Below, piece by piece: positions 59,935 to 64,000 of a stretch of DNA of 64,000 nt. Each line of letters starts with the position of its first letter. Position 1 is the first letter of the stretch. The stretch is taken from NCBI GenBank assembly GCA_963662795.1, contig OY759746.1, positions 960,001 through 1,024,000 on the forward strand, in the 5' to 3' direction. The notes beneath the pieces are model-generated. The model did not search any database. It saw only the letters and a list, made by a program, of their open reading frames with translations, and was not told the origin of the DNA. The translations under genes and the position numbers were made by a program. The DNA is from Spirochaetia bacterium (GTDB lineage: Bacteria > Spirochaetota > Spirochaetia > CADAEX01).

Positions 59935-61300
59935 TATTCTCCATATCTTTTTTTAAAATCCGGCCCGCTGAAGCACTCCTGTATCCGGTGAGGTTATCCC
60001 GGCCAAGCCATTTTGCCGCGGTTTCCCTGTCAATATCTGTATGAGATGCAACAATATTGATAAACTCTTCCGGGGACAAGGTCTCTTTTCCTTCCATAAG
60101 AGCTGATAGTTCTTTAATCATATTGTATCCCAGAATCGGCCTTAATGTATTCAGAATCGCTTTTGAACCGTAAAGGTTCTCAAGCATGAGGGCCCTGTCA
60201 ATTTTCATTCCGGAAAAAAATTTGTCCAGCAGGGAATCAACAGCATTTAACAGTGAAGAATGCACATCGATAAATGCATCAAGGGCAAAAGGGATATAGG
60301 GATTCAGCTGGAGCTGCCCTTCGCTGCAGTATCTGGATATCCTTGAGCATTCCTCCTGAATCAGGATTGCAAGGCCGCGGACATATTCGAGTATTACAGG
60401 ATTTGTCTTGAACGGCATGATAGTGGACCCGTACTGCAGGTCCGGATGTTTCATTTCACCGCATAAGGAAGATGTGTAAAGAAGAAGGTCCCCTGTAATC
60501 TTGTATATGTTTCCGGCTGCCAGCGAGAACCCGTTTGCGAGTTCTGAAAGGCAGTCGTGGTGCGCAACAGCATCAGGAAGGTTCTGGCTCCTGCATAGGG
60601 GAAGGGATGTTACCTCGCGCAGATACTTTTCTGCTGCAAAAACGTAAGCGGCGGGAGCAGAGAAGCATGTGCCTACGGCAGTACCGCCAAGGGCTGTAAC
60701 CCTTATCCGCTCTTTCAGTTTGGAAAGACGCCATCTGTCCCTCTCAACAGATCCGGCCCATCCGGAAAAAACCTGTGAAAGTTTTATTGGAAGCGCGTCC
60801 TGCAGTTCAGTTCTTGCGGTAAGAAGAACATCCTCATGCTCCTTTTCACTTTTAACAAGAAACTCCTGAAGTTCAATAATTTTCTTCTCCACATCACACA
60901 GAAATCTGTATAGCATTATGACTGCGGCCGAGGGAAACGTATCATTGGTCGACTGATAGCACGCTATATCCTCAAGCGGGCCTGACTTATAGCCGCCCTG
61001 ATACCTGTCGTTTGCCATGTTTGATATTACTTCGCAGATATTCATATGAAGGCTGGTTCCTGCTCCTCCCTGCCTGAGGGAAAGAGGGAACTGCTCATCG
61101 TGGAGGCCCGCGATTATCTCGCCGCACACATCCATGAGAACGGTGAAATACTCTTGCGGATAACGCTTTTCAAAATCCTGCTGCGCCATAAGGGCCGCTT
61201 TTTTCACTTCTCCGTAGGCCCTGATAAGGGGGGACGGGGTCTGAGCCCTGCCGAAGGACTTTAAAGCTTTCTCTGTTTCATTTCCGTAATATATTTTCAT
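59915..61300 (-). CDS. Aspartate ammonia-lyase-like protein (fumarase/aspartase superfamily)
   Basis: QGGAGTS, QSTND, RTELQDA, LGGTAVGT, signature GSTIMPFKTNP, EGQLQLN. Confidence 0.88.
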   Translation of the reverse strand: MKIYYGNETEKALKSFGRAQTPSPLIRAYGEVKKAALMAQQDFEKRYPQEYFTVLMDVCGEIIAGLHDEQFPLSLRQGGAGTSLHMNICEVISNMANDRYQGGYKSGPLEDIACYQSTNDTFPSAAVIMLYRFLCDVEKKIIELQEFLVKSEKEHEDVLLTARTELQDALPIKLSQVFSGWAGSVERDRWRLSKLKERIRVTALGGTAVGTCFSAPAAYVFAAEKYLREVTSLPLCRSQNLPDAVAHHDCLSELANGFSLAAGNIYKITGDLLLYTSSLCGEMKHPDLQYGSTIMPFKTNPVILEYVRGLAILIQEECSRISRYCSEGQLQLNPYIPFALDAFIDVHSSLLNAVDSLLDKFFSGMKIDRALMLENLYGSKAILNTLRPILGYNMIKELSALMEGKETLSPEEFINIVASHTDIDRETAAKWLGRDNLTGYRSASAGRILKKDMENNDDKNS

Positions 61301-62388
61301 CCGGCTGCCTGCCTGTTTTTATGAATATTACCGCCTCCGGTTTTCCTTAAAGCTGATCCGATATTATAGCTTAATACCCTGTTTACCGACATGATACGTT
61401 CAGTCAGGGAATCAAGACCGGTTTCCCCCTCTTCCTCAAGGCATACTTTACCGGGATATAAAAGATAATGCTTTTTAACATCCTCAGGCGTGATATTGAT
61501 CATGAGAACATTTGCCCCGGCCTTAAGCATTTTCTCCCTTCCCTCAGGGTCAATGCTGCCGGCCGCGGTTGTAGCCGGAATATGGGCTGACGGAACAAGG
61601 AGCCTCAAAAGAGCGGTTGCCCTTATGCAAAGTTCAAAAGGCATCTGCTTACTCAGGCCGAGCGGCGTGTCCTTATGCGGAATAAAAGGGCCGATGCCTA
61701 TCATATCGAGTTCAAGCATCCTGCATAATCTTGCGTTGCGTATTCTTGTTTCTTCTGTTTCTCCGGGAAGCCCTGTCATGTAACCCGATCCGATTTCAAA
61801 ATCAAGCGACTTTAAATCAAGGATCGCTTCTATCCTTCTTTGAAGGGTAATGCCGTTCCTGATTTTTTTATGAAGAAGAGGGTCGGAAGTTTCAAAACGG
61901 ATCAGATACCTGTCAGCCCCGGCCTCGCGGAAAGCTTTGTAATCCTCTCTGCTCCTGATTCCTTCACTTAAAGTGATTGCGGCCTCGCCCCCTGTAGAGT
62001 TTTTTATGGTTCTTACTATACGGCATATCATCTCTGTTGTATAAAAAGGGTCTTCCCCTCCCTGAAACACAAAAGTCCTGAATCCTTTTTTAAATCCGGC
62101 CAGAGCTGTTTCCACAATACTGCTTTCCGGCATTCTGTACCGCACGGCTTTTTCGTTACTGTGCCTTATTCCGCAGTAAAGGCAGTCCCTCCCGCAGTAA
62201 TTCGTAAATTCAACAAGTCCCCGCAGAAAAACAATATTCCCGTGAATATCATTACAGACAGATGCGGATTTATCACACAGTTCCTTTGTGTCTGTATTCA
62301 AATAGTATTCCATTATTTCCGCAGTTTTTCTGTCAGGCTCTTTATATAAATCCCCAATGATTTTTTCAGATAATTCTTTATTACCCAT
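61297..62388 (-). CDS. hydE: [FeFe]-hydrogenase maturation radical SAM enzyme
   Basis: RGLVEFTNYCGRDCLYCG, QGGED, RFET, MIGIGPFIPH..TP, PATTA, GANVLM, YPGK. Confidence 0.92.
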   Translation of the reverse strand: MGNKELSEKIIGDLYKEPDRKTAEIMEYYLNTDTKELCDKSASVCNDIHGNIVFLRGLVEFTNYCGRDCLYCGIRHSNEKAVRYRMPESSIVETALAGFKKGFRTFVFQGGEDPFYTTEMICRIVRTIKNSTGGEAAITLSEGIRSREDYKAFREAGADRYLIRFETSDPLLHKKIRNGITLQRRIEAILDLKSLDFEIGSGYMTGLPGETEETRIRNARLCRMLELDMIGIGPFIPHKDTPLGLSKQMPFELCIRATALLRLLVPSAHIPATTAAGSIDPEGREKMLKAGANVLMINITPEDVKKHYLLYPGKVCLEEEGETGLDSLTERIMSVNRVLSYNIGSALRKTGGGNIHKNRQAAG

Positions 62389-62415
62389 TAATTGACTCCT
62401 GCATCAGGTTTTTTA

Positions 62416-63048
62416 TCAGATTTTAAAGGTATTCCAGAGCGTTGCGTGAGTGACCCCGGTCGGGTCAAACCTCAGCAGGCGGAAAGTAAGCTGAATACAT
62501 AAACCGATAGCAAGTCCCGAAATTACTGTTCCCGCTCCTGCCATCCCGCCGAGCAGCCAGCCTATTATAACGGCAGTCATTTCGATGCTTCCCCTGCAGA
62601 AACCGACAGGCAGCCCGGTTTTCCGGGTTAAGGCGACCATCAGGCTGTCGCGCGGTCCTGCGCCAAACCCGGAACCTATGTAAAAATATGAGGCAACCGA
62701 GATAACAAACAGCCCTGTTAAAAGAAGGGCAAGTCCCGGCAGCCAGCCGCTCATTACCGGTATAAGGGTGAGATTCATTAAAAAATCCAGGAAAAGGCCT
62801 ATCAGAACCATGTTAAGAAGTGTTCCGAGTCCGATCTTCTCGCCCATAATTACAGTTATAACAATAAGGACAGCGCCGACAATTATACTGGCGGTTCCTA
62901 TTGTCATTCCGAATGTCCTGCTGAGTCCCGCGTGAAAAACATCCCATGGCGCATACCCGATATTGGCTTTCATTGTAAAGACTATACCCAGAGAATATAA
63001 AAATAATCCCGCAAAAAGTTTAACGAGGCGTATGAAAAAGCTGATCAT
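62416..63048 (-). CDS. YczE/YitT family membrane protein
   Basis: IGYAPWDVFH.GL and FGAGPRDSLMVAL motifs. Confidence 0.88.
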   Translation of the reverse strand: MISFFIRLVKLFAGLFLYSLGIVFTMKANIGYAPWDVFHAGLSRTFGMTIGTASIIVGAVLIVITVIMGEKIGLGTLLNMVLIGLFLDFLMNLTLIPVMSGWLPGLALLLTGLFVISVASYFYIGSGFGAGPRDSLMVALTRKTGLPVGFCRGSIEMTAVIIGWLLGGMAGAGTVISGLAIGLCIQLTFRLLRFDPTGVTHATLWNTFKI

Positions 63049-63533
63049 GCATTCTCCGTGGTTATTTTATTAATAAAATTATATGTAAACATTATAGAAT
63101 CACCTGTCAACTTTTCACACAGATGAGGGGGGTCGTCTTCATTAAAACCTCCGGGCCTCAGATCGTAGCATGAAAGCGACGAAAATTCAGCCTTGTATTT
63201 ATCCGCAAAATCATAACAGATATCAGATATTTCGCTGTCTGTTTTACCGGCCGCGTTCAGATAGACAGCGATAAACATAAGGCTGCCTTCCACAAGTCCG
63301 CACTGCGCCCTGTAGCCGCCGGCTCCGTGCATCCCTATACCTGCGGCGAGGAGTTGTTCCTCAAGCCTGAAATTCATACACTTTGAAAGTGTCATCATCA
63401 TTGTCCGGGCACAGTTTATATCATGCTTCCAGTAAAGCTCTTTCACTTCTTTTGCTATAAATAATTTAACATTGTCCGGTCCCGTCACACTGCGGGCGAT
63501 ACTGCCATGCATATCTGCTTTCCTTTTTACCAC
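63045..63533 (-). CDS. C-GCAxxG-C-C family putative redox protein
   Basis: NCA, QCGLVEG, LSCYDL, HLC: four conserved Cys. Confidence 0.85.
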   Translation of the reverse strand: MVKRKADMHGSIARSVTGPDNVKLFIAKEVKELYWKHDINCARTMMMTLSKCMNFRLEEQLLAAGIGMHGAGGYRAQCGLVEGSLMFIAVYLNAAGKTDSEISDICYDFADKYKAEFSSLSCYDLRPGGFNEDDPPHLCEKLTGDSIMFTYNFINKITTENA

Positions 63534-64000
63534 ATTTCATGATGCAGAAAATCATCGAGATTTTTTCTGGACCTGCGCTCAGGTGTCTCAGCAGGATACC
63601 CTATAGTCAGGATACAGACAACATACTTATCATCAGGGATATTTAAAACAGGCCTTATATCTTTCTGTTCAAGCCATGCAACCCAGCATGTTCCGAGTCC
63701 CTTATCAGAGGCGTTTAAGACTATATGCTCTACTGCTATCGCAGTATCCCTGATTACCTTCTTAAGATCAACGTCAGGGCTGTTTTCAAGGGCTTTATAG
63801 TCTTTATCATTTATACGCACCGCAGCATCTGCTATGCACACCAGGAAGACCGGCGCAGTCAGCATCCAGGACTGATTGTGGGAAACACCGGCAAGTTCTT
63901 CCTTTTTTTTACTATCCTTAACCACAATAAAATGCCAGGGCTGGGTATTGTTTCCCGACGGCGCAAGCCTTGCGCTTTCAAGAAGCTCTTTTAAAACATC
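63527..64000 (-). CDS. Nitroreductase family protein (5' end outside window)
   Basis: Frame open to window end: ARLAPSGNNTQPWHFIVV, GLGTCWV, IGYP. Confidence 0.92.
   Translation of the reverse strand, partial: DVLKELLESARLAPSGNNTQPWHFIVVKDSKKKEELAGVSHNQSWMLTAPVFLVCIADAAVRINDKDYKALENSPDVDLKKVIRDTAIAVEHIVLNASDKGLGTCWVAWLEQKDIRPVLNIPDDKYVVCILTIGYPAETPERRSRKNLDDFLHHEMW

Noticed and set aside
63045-63533. Selenoprotein (family members are sometimes Sec-containing)
   Set aside because: All four conserved positions are Cys codons; no in-frame TGA.
2645-63994. Numerous 60-230 aa antisense or shadow ORFs in the track (e.g. 3847-4419, 10524-11066, 51934-52533, 59264-59956)
   Set aside because: They lie opposite well-supported genes, lack RBS or recognisable motifs, and reflect codon bias of the sense strand.

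Overview
Anaerobic bacterial chromosomal segment, probably from a spirochaete (inferred from the TPR lipoprotein-MltD pair, HTH-EIIA fusion, bacterial XPB and partner, and MCP style). It holds about 50 intact CDSs. Housekeeping and metabolic genes include icd, serS, galU, uppP, mntP, plsC-like, tnaA and a HpcH aldolase. Transport and signalling loci: a NarL-type two-component system divergent from a TolC-MFP-RND pump with a PII-like partner; two convergent envelope-transport modules, each with a LolA-like carrier and a putative beta-barrel (one MMPL/RND-driven, one ABC-driven); a sigma54-controlled tripartite tricarboxylate transporter with visible promoter and enhancer sites; and FIST plus diguanylate cyclase. 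Also present are XPB helicase with a separated XPB-associated partner and a hydE-aspA-like-hydF [FeFe]-hydrogenase maturation operon lacking hydG in this window. Two decayed loci are missed or fragmented by the ORF track: a BrnT-like toxin-antitoxin pair and a Kce/BKACE pseudogene. The most striking unannotated signal is a 24-codon, Pro-TGA-ending, TnaC-like leader ORF upstream of tryptophanase that has Tyr instead of Trp at position 12. No rRNA, tRNA, CRISPR array, integrase or transposase was recognised. All calls come from reading motifs by eye; no database searches were run.
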